Shown here piece by piece: positions 8,987 through 19,067 of a DNA stretch of 64,000 nt. Every line of letters begins with the position of its first letter. Within the stretch, counting starts at the first letter, position 1. Origin of the DNA: Planctomycetaceae bacterium (GTDB lineage Bacteria > Planctomycetota > Planctomycetia > Pirellulales > PNKZ01). The notes beneath the pieces are model-generated. The model saw nothing but the letters and a program-made list of their open reading frames with translations, was not told the origin of the DNA and did no database searches. The stretch lies in NCBI GenBank assembly GCA_016793115.1, contig JAEUIN010000215.1:52-64051 (forward strand), given 5' to 3'. The position numbers and the translations under genes were made by a program.

Positions 8987-11278
8987 CTACGCCGACGCCG
9001 TGCTGGCGTATTTCAGCCGGCCATGATAGACGGCCGTGAGCGATTTGATGAGGCTGTCTTCGACGATCCGCAACTGTTGCAGAGTCAGGCCCGATTCGTC
9101 GAACTGGCCGTCGAGCAGCTTGTTCATGCCGATCTGCTCGACGAGGTTTTCGATGCGCGAGGGGGTCGGCTCGACCAATGCCCGCGACGCGCTTTCGACG
9201 GAATCGGCCAGCATGAGAATCGCGGCTTCGACCGTCTGCGGCTTCGGCCCCGGATAGCGATAAGAGCTCTCCTGCACCTCGCCGGCCTCGGGATTCGCTT
9301 CGCTCTGTTCGCTCGCCCGGCGATAGAAATACTCGACGAGCGTCGTGCCGTGGTGTTGCTCGATGAAGTCGATGATCGGCTGCGGCAGGTGATGCTGGCG
9401 GGCCAAATCGGCCCCGTCTTTCACGTGCGCGATAATGATCAGCGTGCTCATCGCCGGCAGCAAGTTTTCATGGCGATTCCCTTGCAGGCCTTGGTTTTCC
9501 ACGAAGTAGTTCGGCTTGAGCATCTTGCCGATGTCGTGGAAATAGGCCCCGATGCGGAGCAGCAACCCGCGGGCGCCGATCTGCTCGGCCGCGGCTTCGG
9601 CGATCGACGCCACGTTGATCGAGTGGTTGTAGGTGCCCGGGGCGCGGCGCACGAGTTCCTGCATCAGCGGATGCGACGGATCGGCCAACTCCAAGAGGCT
9701 CATATCCGTGAGCACGCCGAACAGCCGCTCGATATACGGCAGCAGTCCGGTCATGAGGAAGCCGGTCAGGAACGTCCAAAGGGCGTTGCGGCCGGCGTGC
9801 TTCAACACCGTTTCGCCCAGCGGCTGCTCGTCGAGCAGCGCCATGCCGACGGTCAGCAGAAACGCGACCACGCCCGACACCAAGCCGACGCGAATCAGCT
9901 TGCCGCGGGTGCGAATCGCGTCGAGTTGCAGCACCGCCGCGGCCACCGTGCCCATCAGCACGATGAACTCGCCCAAGCCTTCGCCGCCGGTCATGGCGAC
10001 GATGATCGCCATCGAGGTCGAAAGAATCAGCGCCACGTCGCGGTGGTAGGCGATGCCGAACGTCATGCTGAACAGCAGCAGCGGAATCAACTCGGCCCGC
10101 CACGGATCGGCCGTCGTCCAGTGCACGGCCGTGATCACGGCGATCGCCGAGGCCAGCATGGTGGCGAACAACAGCATGTCGCTGAGCAGCTTGCGCTCGC
10201 GGTAATAAACGTAGTAGCCGCAGAGCACGTACAGCGCGAAAATCATGCAGAACACCGCCAGCGAGCGCTCGAGGCGGCGCGAGAGCGGCAATTGATCGAC
10301 GTATTGGTTGTATTCCAAGCGGAGCAAATCGAGCGTGTCGACGCTGATCTTCTCGCCGGCCTTGGCCAACGACTGCCCCACCTCGTACTTCGTGAACTCC
10401 GTCTTCACGGCCGCTTCGGCTTCCGCCTGCTTCTTGCGGCTCTCTTCGTCGTCGAGCGTGAGCGTCGAGTGCAGCCGCGGCACGCCGGGCGTCGGCGAGG
10501 TGAGCAGCCAGGTCGCCACCCGTTCGCCGGCCGCCGAGTTGCCGAGCTGGTCGCGCACCAGGTTCTTGATCCGCGTGCCGTCGCCCAGCAGCACTTCGGT
10601 GAGCAACACGCGCGACTGCCCTTTGGGTTCGCCCGCCGGGTAGACGAAAATATCTTTCTGGTTGCGCGTGCTGCTGTGTGCGTCGGGGAGCGTCTGCAAA
10701 ACGCCGCGCTCTTTAAGCGGCTCGAAGATGCCGTCGACGGCGACTTTCAACTTCTCCGGACCGCCCAGCGCCACCAGCGCCGAGCGGAACTGCTTGTACT
10801 GTTCGGCGTCGACCGCCGGATCGACCGGCTTCGCGTTCGCTTCGGCGACCGGCGCCTGAAACTGCTTCCAAACGCCTTCCTTGAGAGTCGCCGGAGTCTC
10901 GGTATTCACGATCTCCGTGAGCGCCAGATCGAGCGAGGCGCGCAGCAGGTCCAAGTCTTTCGCGTCTTGCCGGTAGACGTAGGGCGTCTGCTCGCGGGCC
11001 CGATCGCGTGCCTTTTCCGTGGCGAAGGCGTCGGGGCGTTGAAACGGCACGCGGGCCGTGACGTCGCGCGCAGGCACGTAGTTCTCGCGAAACGTAAACG
11101 CCGGGGCCCACGCGCCGCTGATGCCCCAAATGGCCGCCGCGGTCGCGAAGCACATCAGCAACCGCAGCAGCACGTCGACGCGCTGCAGAGCCATCAACGA
11201 GCGCTCGAAGCGGCTCGGCGGCAACTCCAGCGCCGCGACCCGACTCGACCTCAATTTTCGCTTACCGCCGGTGGCCAT
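8987..11278 (-). CDS. 7TM-HD (HDIG) membrane phosphohydrolase, PgpH/YqfF-like
   Basis: Several TM helices followed by APGTYNHS, HDIGK, HHGTT, YRYPGPKPQ and MLAD; lies between phoH and ybeY. Confidence 0.88.
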   Translation of the reverse strand: MATGGKRKLRSSRVAALELPPSRFERSLMALQRVDVLLRLLMCFATAAAIWGISGAWAPAFTFRENYVPARDVTARVPFQRPDAFATEKARDRAREQTPYVYRQDAKDLDLLRASLDLALTEIVNTETPATLKEGVWKQFQAPVAEANAKPVDPAVDAEQYKQFRSALVALGGPEKLKVAVDGIFEPLKERGVLQTLPDAHSSTRNQKDIFVYPAGEPKGQSRVLLTEVLLGDGTRIKNLVRDQLGNSAAGERVATWLLTSPTPGVPRLHSTLTLDDEESRKKQAEAEAAVKTEFTKYEVGQSLAKAGEKISVDTLDLLRLEYNQYVDQLPLSRRLERSLAVFCMIFALYVLCGYYVYYRERKLLSDMLLFATMLASAIAVITAVHWTTADPWRAELIPLLLFSMTFGIAYHRDVALILSTSMAIIVAMTGGEGLGEFIVLMGTVAAAVLQLDAIRTRGKLIRVGLVSGVVAFLLTVGMALLDEQPLGETVLKHAGRNALWTFLTGFLMTGLLPYIERLFGVLTDMSLLELADPSHPLMQELVRRAPGTYNHSINVASIAEAAAEQIGARGLLLRIGAYFHDIGKMLKPNYFVENQGLQGNRHENLLPAMSTLIIIAHVKDGADLARQHHLPQPIIDFIEQHHGTTLVEYFYRRASEQSEANPEAGEVQESSYRYPGPKPQTVEAAILMLADSVESASRALVEPTPSRIENLVEQIGMNKLLDGQFDESGLTLQQLRIVEDSLIKSLTAVYHGRLKYASTASA

Positions 11279-11284
11279 GGGCGT

Positions 11285-12271
11285 TTAGTGCTTCTGCCGC
11301 TTGTGAGCCGGGCCTTCGTCGTAGGCGCGGACGATCTCTTGCACCAGCCGGTGGCGAACGATGTCGGCGCCCGAAAGCGTGATCACGCCCAGGCCTTCGA
11401 TGCCGTTCAAGCGGCGCATCGCGTCGATCAGGCCGCTCTGCGTGTGCGACGGCAAGTCGACCTGCGTCATATCGCCCGAGACGACGATCTTCGACGAGCG
11501 TCCCATGCGCGTGAGAAACATCTTCATCTGCGAGATCGTGGCGTTTTGAGCCTCGTCGAGAATGATGAAGGCGTCGTTGAGCGTGCGGCCGCGCATGTAG
11601 GCCAGCGGCACGACTTCGATCACGTCTTGCTCGGTGAGCCGCTTGAGCATTTCGTAGTCCATCATCTCGCGGAGCGCGTCGAGCAGCGGACGGAGATACG
11701 GATTGATCTTGGCCTGCATGTCGCCCGGCAAATAGCCGAGGCTCTCGCCGGCTTCCACGGCCGGCCGCACGAGCACGATCTTCTTCACCCGCTCGGCTTT
11801 CAGCGCGGCGACGGCCATCGCCACGGCCAAGTACGTCTTGCCGGTGCCCGCCGGCCCGGCGGCGAGCACGACGTCGTGATCCAAGATCGTGCGGATATAG
11901 CGGGCCTGGCCGGCCGTCTTCGGCTGCACCTTGCGGCCCGGCTGGAAGACGTCGATCACCGGCAGTTCGACGAGCGGCCCCTTGTCGGCGGCCGGATTTC
12001 CGCCGGGGCCGTGGCCGAGCGTATTGCCCAGCGTCCGTTCGACTTCGGTAAAATCCAAGTTGCCGTGCGTCGCCAGAAAGTGCTTCAGCTGTTCGAAAAT
12101 TTCCGTCGCTTTCACGACCGATTGCTCGGCCCCTTCGACGACAATCTGGCCGCTGCGCGCGGCGATTCGCACGTCGAGTGCTTCACGGATGCGGCGGAGA
12201 TGTTGATCGCGCGGACCGAAGAGCGACAGCAAGGCCTGCGGGTCGTCGACGGAAATTGTTGCTTCGCTCAT
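11285..12271 (-). CDS. phoH: PhoH family ATPase (YbeZ-like)
   Basis: GPAGTGKTYLA, RPAVEAGE, YMRGRTL, DEAQN, VRHRLV. Confidence 0.93.
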   Translation of the reverse strand: MSEATISVDDPQALLSLFGPRDQHLRRIREALDVRIAARSGQIVVEGAEQSVVKATEIFEQLKHFLATHGNLDFTEVERTLGNTLGHGPGGNPAADKGPLVELPVIDVFQPGRKVQPKTAGQARYIRTILDHDVVLAAGPAGTGKTYLAVAMAVAALKAERVKKIVLVRPAVEAGESLGYLPGDMQAKINPYLRPLLDALREMMDYEMLKRLTEQDVIEVVPLAYMRGRTLNDAFIILDEAQNATISQMKMFLTRMGRSSKIVVSGDMTQVDLPSHTQSGLIDAMRRLNGIEGLGVITLSGADIVRHRLVQEIVRAYDEGPAHKRQKH

Positions 12272-12457
12272 TCAGGGGCGTCGCGGGGGCGACGCATAGG
12301 ACCACGAATTCGCCCGATGCATTGGGCGATAGTTATAGTATCCCACACGGCAAACTCCTAGGCGGATCGCCACAGAGATTTCCGCAACGGCTTACTATGA
12401 AAAGGGTTACGAGCGATAGCACTGCGTCGAATTGTCGCACCGACAGCCGGGGAACGG

Positions 12458-13330
12458 CTACATCCACCAAGTCCAAAACGCCCAAGCCGCCGGCGCGGCT
12501 AGGAGCGGCGAGTCGATCAAGTCGAGCACGCCGCCGAACCCGGGCATCCAAGTGCTCGAATCCTTGCGTCCGAAATCGCGTTTCAAGAGCGACTCGATCA
12601 GGTCGCCCGCGGTGCCGGTCAGCCCGACGACCACGGCATACGCGATCCAGGTCGTGAGCACCGCCGGCTGGAACTGCTCGTCGGCCACGAGCAATCCGGT
12701 CCGCCACGCCACGACCGTGCCGCCGATGAGCGAGAACAGCACGCCGCCGGCCAGCCCTTCCCAAGTCTTCCCCGGGCTGAGCTTCGGGGCCATCTTGTGC
12801 CGGCCGATCAACCGGCCGACGGTGTAAGCCCCGATATCGGCCAGTTTCACGACGACGAGCATCGACACCAGCGGCACGATCGTCGCCCCGCCGGCGACCA
12901 ACCGCAGCCGCACGATGAAGCTCATCAGGAACCCGACGTAGACGAGCCCCAGCACGCTCAGGCCCAGCCGTTCGGTCACTTGCTTCGACACGTCTTTGTC
13001 GTAGCGGAAGATCTCCGTAAGCACGACGAGCAGCAGCGCGGCGGCCAACGCCGCCAACTGCCACGCCCCGGCGTGCCGCTCATCCGCCCACCCCGCCGCG
13101 GCGACGATCGCCAAGTTGCCGAAATAGATCGGGCAGGCCGCGATATTCGGCTCGCGCGTGCGGACCATCGAAAGAAACTCTTGCGTGCCGCCGACGGCGA
13201 GCACCAGCGCCAGCGGCAACAGCGCCATTCCCGGCCGCGCATAGCCTGCGACGCCGTTCAAGTCGATCCACACCAGCGCAACGAGCAAGGCGATGAACAC
13301 CGTGCCCAAGAGTAGCCGCCAACGAAGCAT
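12458..13330 (-). CDS. cdsA: Phosphatidate cytidylyltransferase
   Basis: SPGKTWEG, GDLIESLLKR, KDS..MPGFGGVLD. Confidence 0.92.
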   Translation of the reverse strand: MLRWRLLLGTVFIALLVALVWIDLNGVAGYARPGMALLPLALVLAVGGTQEFLSMVRTREPNIAACPIYFGNLAIVAAAGWADERHAGAWQLAALAAALLLVVLTEIFRYDKDVSKQVTERLGLSVLGLVYVGFLMSFIVRLRLVAGGATIVPLVSMLVVVKLADIGAYTVGRLIGRHKMAPKLSPGKTWEGLAGGVLFSLIGGTVVAWRTGLLVADEQFQPAVLTTWIAYAVVVGLTGTAGDLIESLLKRDFGRKDSSTWMPGFGGVLDLIDSPLLAAPAAWAFWTWWM

Positions 13331-13364
13331 AGGAGTGTGATCGTAGCTGCGATGTTAAGAGTTA

Positions 13365-13443
13365 GCGAGCGGCGGGGTTGATCCCCGCCGTCTTCTCCGA
13401 CAATCGTAAATGCCGGACGGCGGGGATAAACCCCGCCGCTCGC
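13365..13443. repeat. Inverted pair (REPIN-like doublet) of REP family A, the repeat flanking the Y1 transposase at 62.3-62.9 kb
   Basis: GCGAGCGGCGGGGTTGATCCCCGCCGTC (13365-13392) and GACGGCGGGGATAAACCCCGCCGCTCGC (13416-13443), 23-bp spacer. Confidence 0.9.
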
Positions 13444-13455
13444 AAAGACGTCACA

Positions 13456-14226
13456 CTAGCTCAGCAAATCCGCGTCGTTCAACCCGCCGAACTTCCGGTT
13501 CCGCGCCGCGAAGTCGCGGATCGCCGCGTGCAGTTGCGGCTCGCGAAACTCCGGCCAGCACGTTTCCGTCACCCAAAACTCCGCATAACTGATCTGCCAC
13601 AGCAGATAGTTGCTGAACCGCATTTCGCCCGCCGTGCGAATCAGCAAGTCCGGGTCGGGCATGCCGGCCGTGTAGAGCTTCGCTTCGATCGCCCCTTCGT
13701 CGAGCGTCGCCGGGTCGAGCTTGCCGACCTTCACCTCGGCGGCGATCTTTTTCACGGCGTCGAGAATCTCGCCCCGCGCGCCGTAGTTGATCGCCAGGCA
13801 AAGATTCAGCCCCGTATGGCTCGCCGTCATCTCGATCGTGCGGTCCATCTCGGCCTGCACCGAGGGCGGAATGCCGTCGCGCCGGCCGATCACCGTCAGC
13901 CGAATCTTCTCGCGCAGGAGCAAGGCCCGCTCTTCGATCAAATACTGCTCGAGCAGGTGCATCAGGAAGTCGAGTTCCGGCTGCGGCCGCTTCCAGTTCT
14001 CGCTCGATAAGCAATAAAGCGTGAGCTGCTCCAGCTTCAGCCGCGCACATTCTTCCGTCACGGCCCGCACGCTGGCCACGCCGCGGCGATGCCCTTCGAT
14101 GCGCGGCAAGCCTTGCCGTTGTGCCCAGCGACCGTTGCCGTCCATAATCACGGCCACATGCCGCGGCCGCTTCTCCGGCGGCACGTCGGCCAGCGTCTCG
14201 CGTTGTTCGGCCACGGCTTCAGTCAC
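13456..14226 (-). CDS. uppS: Isoprenyl (undecaprenyl diphosphate) synthase
   Basis: HVAVIMDGNGRWA, SSENWKRP, INYGAR, PDLLIRT, SNYLLWQ; start inferred at the GTG at 14226. Confidence 0.93.
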   Translation of the reverse strand: MTEAVAEQRETLADVPPEKRPRHVAVIMDGNGRWAQRQGLPRIEGHRRGVASVRAVTEECARLKLEQLTLYCLSSENWKRPQPELDFLMHLLEQYLIEERALLLREKIRLTVIGRRDGIPPSVQAEMDRTIEMTASHTGLNLCLAINYGARGEILDAVKKIAAEVKVGKLDPATLDEGAIEAKLYTAGMPDPDLLIRTAGEMRFSNYLLWQISYAEFWVTETCWPEFREPQLHAAIRDFAARNRKFGGLNDADLLS

Positions 14227-14247
14227 GCTTAGTTGATCTCTTTCGCT

Positions 14248-14326
14248 GGGTGGCACTGGTGGCTCGCCCACCAGTGTCTTCCTCCCGCAAGCTAATGCAC
14301 TGGTGGACAAGCCACCAGTGGCACCC
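14248..14326. repeat. Inverted pair of REP family B
   Basis: GGGTGGCACTGGTGGCTCGCCCACCAGTG (14248-14276) and GCACTGGTGGACAAGCCACCAGTGGCACCC (14297-14326). Confidence 0.88.
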
Positions 14327-14350
14327 GCTCCCAACCGCAATCCTCGCGCT

Positions 14351-15679
14351 CTAGCTCTTCACAAACGTCGGCGGCGCCCAATTCGCCCCCGGCGCAAACA
14401 TCGTCTGCGCCCGGTCCGGCCCCACCGAGGCAATCTCCACCGGCCGGCCCAGGATCTTTCCGAGTCCCGCGATATACGCCTTCGCATTCGCCGGCAGATC
14501 GTCCCAGCGAGTCAGATTGCTGATGTCCTGCTGCCAACCGGCGAACGTCGTATACACCGGCTTCGCGTCGCGCAGATCGTCGACATGGCTCGGGAACGTC
14601 TCCACCCGCTTGCCGTTGATCTCGTACGCCGTGCAAACCTGAATCTCTTTCAATTCGCTCAACACGTCGAGCAACATCACGGCCAAAGTCGTCACACCGC
14701 TCAGCCGCGCCGTATAGCGCGCCGCCACCGCATCAAACCAGCCGCAGCGCCGCGGACGGCGCGTCACCGTGCCGTATTCGTTTCCCAGATCGCGCAAATG
14801 CTGGCCGATGTCGTTGTCTTGCTCGGTCGGGAAAGGCCCGCCGCCGACGCGCGTGCCGTACGCTTTCACGACTCCGATGATCCGCTTGTAGAAGCTCCCC
14901 GGCACGCCGCTTCCCGAGGCGATGCCCAGCCCCGAGCTGTTGCTGCTCGTCACATAGGGATACGTGCCGTGGTCGACGTCGAGCAGCGCTCCTTGCGCCC
15001 CTTCGAACAGCATCCGCTTGTCGGCGTCGACGGCGTCGAGCAGCAGCGCCGTCGTGTCGCCCACAAACGGCTTCAACCGCTCGCCGTAGCCGGAATAGTC
15101 GGCGATGATCTTCTCGGCGTCGAGCTTCGGCGCATCGCCGGCCGGGGCGATCGTTTGCAGAAACGAATTCTTCTCCACGGCCACCTTGCGCACCCGCTCC
15201 GCGAAGCCGGGCCGAAACAAGTCGCCCAAGCGAAACGCGTTCACACGGCCGACCTTGTCGCGGTAGCACGGCCCGATGCCCCGTTGCGTCGTGCCGATCG
15301 CCTCGCCGCAGCTCACCGCGCGGGCCTCGGTCAGCCGGTCTTCCTCCAAGTGCCAGGGAAAGATCACATGGGCCCGATCGCTGATCACCATGTTGCGGTC
15401 GACGCGCACGTCGCGGGCCAACAGCCCGTCGATTTCCCCCAAGATGCTCGGCGGATTGAGCACCACGCCGCCGGTGATGACGTTCCGCACCTTCGGGTTC
15501 AGGATGCCGCTGGGGATCAGCGAGAGCTTATAGGTCTGCCCGCCGGTGACGACCGTGTGGCCGGCATTGGCCCCGCCCTGGTAGCGAACGACGAGGTCGT
15601 GGTTCTCAGTCAGCAGGTCGACAATCTTCCCCTTGGCTTCGTCGCCCCATTGCAGACCGATCACGCAAGTTCCCGGCAC
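14351..15679 (-). CDS. purA: Adenylosuccinate synthetase
   Basis: GLQWGDEAKGK, GGANAGHT, EGAQG, GTYPYVTSS, RRCGWFD. Confidence 0.96.
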   Translation of the reverse strand: MPGTCVIGLQWGDEAKGKIVDLLTENHDLVVRYQGGANAGHTVVTGGQTYKLSLIPSGILNPKVRNVITGGVVLNPPSILGEIDGLLARDVRVDRNMVISDRAHVIFPWHLEEDRLTEARAVSCGEAIGTTQRGIGPCYRDKVGRVNAFRLGDLFRPGFAERVRKVAVEKNSFLQTIAPAGDAPKLDAEKIIADYSGYGERLKPFVGDTTALLLDAVDADKRMLFEGAQGALLDVDHGTYPYVTSSNSSGLGIASGSGVPGSFYKRIIGVVKAYGTRVGGGPFPTEQDNDIGQHLRDLGNEYGTVTRRPRRCGWFDAVAARYTARLSGVTTLAVMLLDVLSELKEIQVCTAYEINGKRVETFPSHVDDLRDAKPVYTTFAGWQQDISNLTRWDDLPANAKAYIAGLGKILGRPVEIASVGPDRAQTMFAPGANWAPPTFVKS

Positions 15680-16028
15680 GGCACACTCTCATTGCAGAAG
15701 GCAAGCATCGTTCCAAACCCAATAGTCTAGGGAAGCGGGTTCAGACCTTCAAGGAGCGATAAAAACCGTGAAATCACGCTGCCGCCGGTGCGGCCGACGC
15801 GACCGGCGGTTGGCGCGCAGCTTTCGCGACCGCGCGCCGCGACCGCACGCAACGCAAACCCGCCGCTCATGCTTTAACCCCATTTCTTCCGCCGCGCGCC
15901 AGGAATTTCGTGCATTTCAGCGTCCGCCGGCGTTCCCATCGCGCACCGATTCGTTCTACTACACGCGTCTGCGGCTTGTCGCGTTTAGCCTCACTTCGTG
16001 TCTCGTGCATCTCGCGAAAGGTCCTGTT

Positions 16029-17699
16029 ATGTCACGCTTAGCGCATTGCTCGCTCGCTTGGTTTCCTCGCTCATCGAAACTCGCGGCCGTCGTCGTCGGC
16101 TTGTTCGGCTTAGTCGGCTCGGCGCACGCCGCCGATCGGAAGCCGAACATCTTGTTCATCGTGTCCGACGACACCGGCTACGGCGACCTCGGTCCCTACG
16201 GCGGCGGCGAAGGGCGCGGCATGCCCACCCCGAACATCGACCGCATGGCGGCCGACGGCATGACGTTCTTCTCCTTCTACGCGCAGCCGAGTTGCACGCC
16301 GGGGCGGGCCGCCATGCAGACCGGGCGGATTCCGAATCGCAGCGGCCTGACGACCGTCGCCTTTCAAGGACAAGGCGGCGGCTTGCCCGCGGCCGAATGG
16401 ACGATCGCGTCGGTGCTCAAAACGGCCGGCTACAAAACCTATTTCACCGGCAAGTGGCACCTGGGCGAGGCCGACTACGCGCTCCCCAACGCGCAAGGCT
16501 ACGACGTGATGAAGCACGCCTTTCTCTATCACTGCAACGCCTACACCTACGGCGACCCCACTTGGTTTCCCGACATGGATCCCGAGCTGCGCGCCATGTT
16601 CGACAAAGTGACCAAGGGCTCCCTCTCCGGCAACGCGGGCGAAGAGGCCAAGGAAGACTGGAAGGTCAACGGCCAATATGTCGACACGCCCGCCGCAGGA
16701 ATCGTCGGCATTCCGTTTCTCGATAAATACGTCGAGCAGTCGGGCCTGGAGTTCCTCGACGACGCCGCGAAGAATCCCGATCAGCCGTTCTACATCAATA
16801 TCAACTTCATGAAGGTGCATCAGCCGAACTTGCCCGCACCGGAATTCCAAGGCAAGTCGCTCTCGAAATCGAAATACGCCGATTCCGTCGTCGAGCTCGA
16901 TGCCCGCATCGGCCGCGTGATGGATAAGCTCCGCGAATTGAAGCTCGACGACAATACGTTGGTGTTCTACACGACCGACAACGGCGCCTGGCAAGACGTC
17001 TACCCCGACGCCGGCTACACGCCGTTTCGCGGCACCAAAGGCACGGTGCGCGAAGGGGGCAGCCGAGTGCCGGCCATCGCCGTCTGGCCCGGCAAAATCA
17101 AGGGCGGCGCACGCAATCACGACATCGTCGGCGGACTCGACCTCATGGCCACGTTCGCCGCCGCGGCCGGCGCTGAGATGCCGAAGAACGACCGCGAAGA
17201 CAAGCCGATTTATTTCGACAGCGTCGACATGTCGCCCGTGTTGCTGGGCACCGGCAAGAGCGCGCGGAAGTCTTGGTTCTTCTTCACCGAAAACGAGCTG
17301 ACGCCCGGTGCGGCCCGCGTGGGCAACTACAAAGCGGTGTTCAATCTCCGCGGCGACAACGGCCAAGCCACCGGCGGCCTCGCCGTCGATTCCAATCTCG
17401 GCTGGAAGGGGCCGGAGAAGTACGTGGCCACCGCGCCGCAGATTTTCGATCTCTGGCAAGATCCGCAAGAGCGCTACGACATCTTTATGAACAACTACAC
17501 GGAGCGGACTTGGACGATGGTCACGTTCAACGACGCCATCGGCAAGCTCATGAAGACCTACATCGAATATCCGCCGCGAAAGCTGCAGAGCGAGGTCTAC
17601 ACCGGCCCGATCACGATCTCCAATTACCAAAAGTTTCAATGGGTGCGCGAGCAGCTCATGAAAGACGGCGTCCACCTTCCGCTTCCCACGGGCAACTAA
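16029..17699 (+). CDS. Secreted arylsulfatase (Cys-type, formylglycine)
   Basis: Signal peptide ending AHA; KPNILFIVSDD, CTPGR (CxPxR), GKWHLG, TDNG; start inferred. Confidence 0.88.
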   Translation: MSRLAHCSLAWFPRSSKLAAVVVGLFGLVGSAHAADRKPNILFIVSDDTGYGDLGPYGGGEGRGMPTPNIDRMAADGMTFFSFYAQPSCTPGRAAMQTGRIPNRSGLTTVAFQGQGGGLPAAEWTIASVLKTAGYKTYFTGKWHLGEADYALPNAQGYDVMKHAFLYHCNAYTYGDPTWFPDMDPELRAMFDKVTKGSLSGNAGEEAKEDWKVNGQYVDTPAAGIVGIPFLDKYVEQSGLEFLDDAAKNPDQPFYININFMKVHQPNLPAPEFQGKSLSKSKYADSVVELDARIGRVMDKLRELKLDDNTLVFYTTDNGAWQDVYPDAGYTPFRGTKGTVREGGSRVPAIAVWPGKIKGGARNHDIVGGLDLMATFAAAAGAEMPKNDREDKPIYFDSVDMSPVLLGTGKSARKSWFFFTENELTPGAARVGNYKAVFNLRGDNGQATGGLAVDSNLGWKGPEKYVATAPQIFDLWQDPQERYDIFMNNYTERTWTMVTFNDAIGKLMKTYIEYPPRKLQSEVYTGPITISNYQKFQWVREQLMKDGVHLPLPTGN

Positions 17700-17714
17700 C
17701 GGAGGCGCAAATCC

Positions 17715-18740
17715 ATGACGGCTCGAATTGTTTTTGCGCTCCTCTGCGCAGTCTTGCTCGGCCCGGCGACTCTCGTCGCCGCGGCCGAGCCGCAAGCGGC
17801 CGCCGATCCGCTCCCCTCTTGGAACGAAGGGGCGACGAAAACCGCGATCGTCGAGTTCGTGCGCCGCGTCGCCGCCGCCGGCTCGCCCGAGTTCGTGCCC
17901 CCCGCCGAGCGGATCGCCGTGTTCGACAACGACGGCACGCTCTGGGGCGAGCAGCCGATGTACGTGCAGATGGCGTTCGCCTTCGATCGCGTGAAGGCCC
18001 TCGCGCCGCAACATCCCGAATGGGCGACGCAAGAGCCGTTCGCCGCGCTGCTCAAGGGAGACATGAAACGAGTCGCCGCGGCCGGCGAGAAAGGCCTGCT
18101 GCAAATCGTCGCCGCCACCCACGCCGGTATGACCGTCGATGAGTTCAACGCGACCGCGACCGCCTGGATCGACTCCGCCAAGCACCCGCAAACCGGCCGG
18201 CTCTACACGCAAATGGTCTACTGGCCGATGCTCGAGCTGCTCGCATACCTGCGGGCCAACGACTTCAAGACGTTCATCGTTTCCGGCGGCGGTATCGAGT
18301 TTATGCGCCCCTGGACGGAGCGGGTCTACGGCGTTCCGCCGGAGCAAGTCGTCGGCAGCAGCGGCAAGTTAAAGTTCGAACTTCGCGACGGCGTCCCGAC
18401 GCTCATCAAGCTGCCGGAAGTCGACCTCGTCGACGACAAGGCCGGCAAGCCGGTCGGCATTCAGTCGCACATCGGTCGCCGGCCGATCTTCGCCGCCGGC
18501 AACTCCGACGGCGATCTCCAAATGCTTCAATACACGACGATCGCTCGCGGACCCGCCGACAAGCGCCCCCGCTTCGGCCTGATCGTGCACCACACCGACG
18601 CCGAGCGCGAATATGCCTACGACCGCGAATCGCATTTCGGCCGCCTCGCCGAAGCGCTCGACGAAGCCGCGTCGCGCGGCTGGACCGTGGTCGACATGAA
18701 GCAAGATTGGAACCGCATCTACCCCGATTTCGCGAAGTAA
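17715..18740 (+). CDS. Secreted HAD-family hydrolase (non-specific acid phosphatase-like)
   Basis: Signal peptide; FDNDGTLW, IVSGG, GNSDGD. Confidence 0.88.
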   Translation: MTARIVFALLCAVLLGPATLVAAAEPQAAADPLPSWNEGATKTAIVEFVRRVAAAGSPEFVPPAERIAVFDNDGTLWGEQPMYVQMAFAFDRVKALAPQHPEWATQEPFAALLKGDMKRVAAAGEKGLLQIVAATHAGMTVDEFNATATAWIDSAKHPQTGRLYTQMVYWPMLELLAYLRANDFKTFIVSGGGIEFMRPWTERVYGVPPEQVVGSSGKLKFELRDGVPTLIKLPEVDLVDDKAGKPVGIQSHIGRRPIFAAGNSDGDLQMLQYTTIARGPADKRPRFGLIVHHTDAEREYAYDRESHFGRLAEALDEAASRGWTVVDMKQDWNRIYPDFAK

Positions 18741-18748
18741 CTCTGGAA

Positions 18749-19015
18749 ATGGACTACGGGAAAATTCTCCAAGCCGCGATCATCGGCGGCGTCGCCGCGC
18801 TCATTGCCGGATCGCTCCAACGCTGGTGGCGACGACGTCGCGGGCTCCCCGCCGAGCCGGTCGTGCCGACCCAATGCCCCCGCTGCGCGACGCCGCTACC
18901 CAAGATTCGCCGCCCGACATCGCTCCGCCAAACCCTCTGGGGCGGCTGGACCTGCGCCGGCTGCGGCGCGGAACTCAACAACCGCGGCGAAGAAATCCCC
19001 GGCTCGGGCAAATAG
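18749..19015 (+). CDS. Small membrane-anchored zinc-ribbon protein
   Basis: N-terminal hydrophobic helix; CPRC...WGGWTCAGCG; starts just after the HAD stop. Confidence 0.65.
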   Translation: MDYGKILQAAIIGGVAALIAGSLQRWWRRRRGLPAEPVVPTQCPRCATPLPKIRRPTSLRQTLWGGWTCAGCGAELNNRGEEIPGSGK

Positions 19016-19067
19016 GAATTCCTGGGCCTCACGCGTCTCGGCGCACGACAAAGGATTCCGAAGGATT

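Noticed and set aside
8957-12361. 1134-aa plus-strand ORF
   Set aside because: Antisense shadow of the HD hydrolase and phoH caused by high-GC codon bias; no motifs
14227-14340. N-terminal extension of UppS (similar extensions on recO, ppdK, tsf and oppA)
   Set aside because: ORF-caller over-extension through REP or leader DNA; better starts lie downstream
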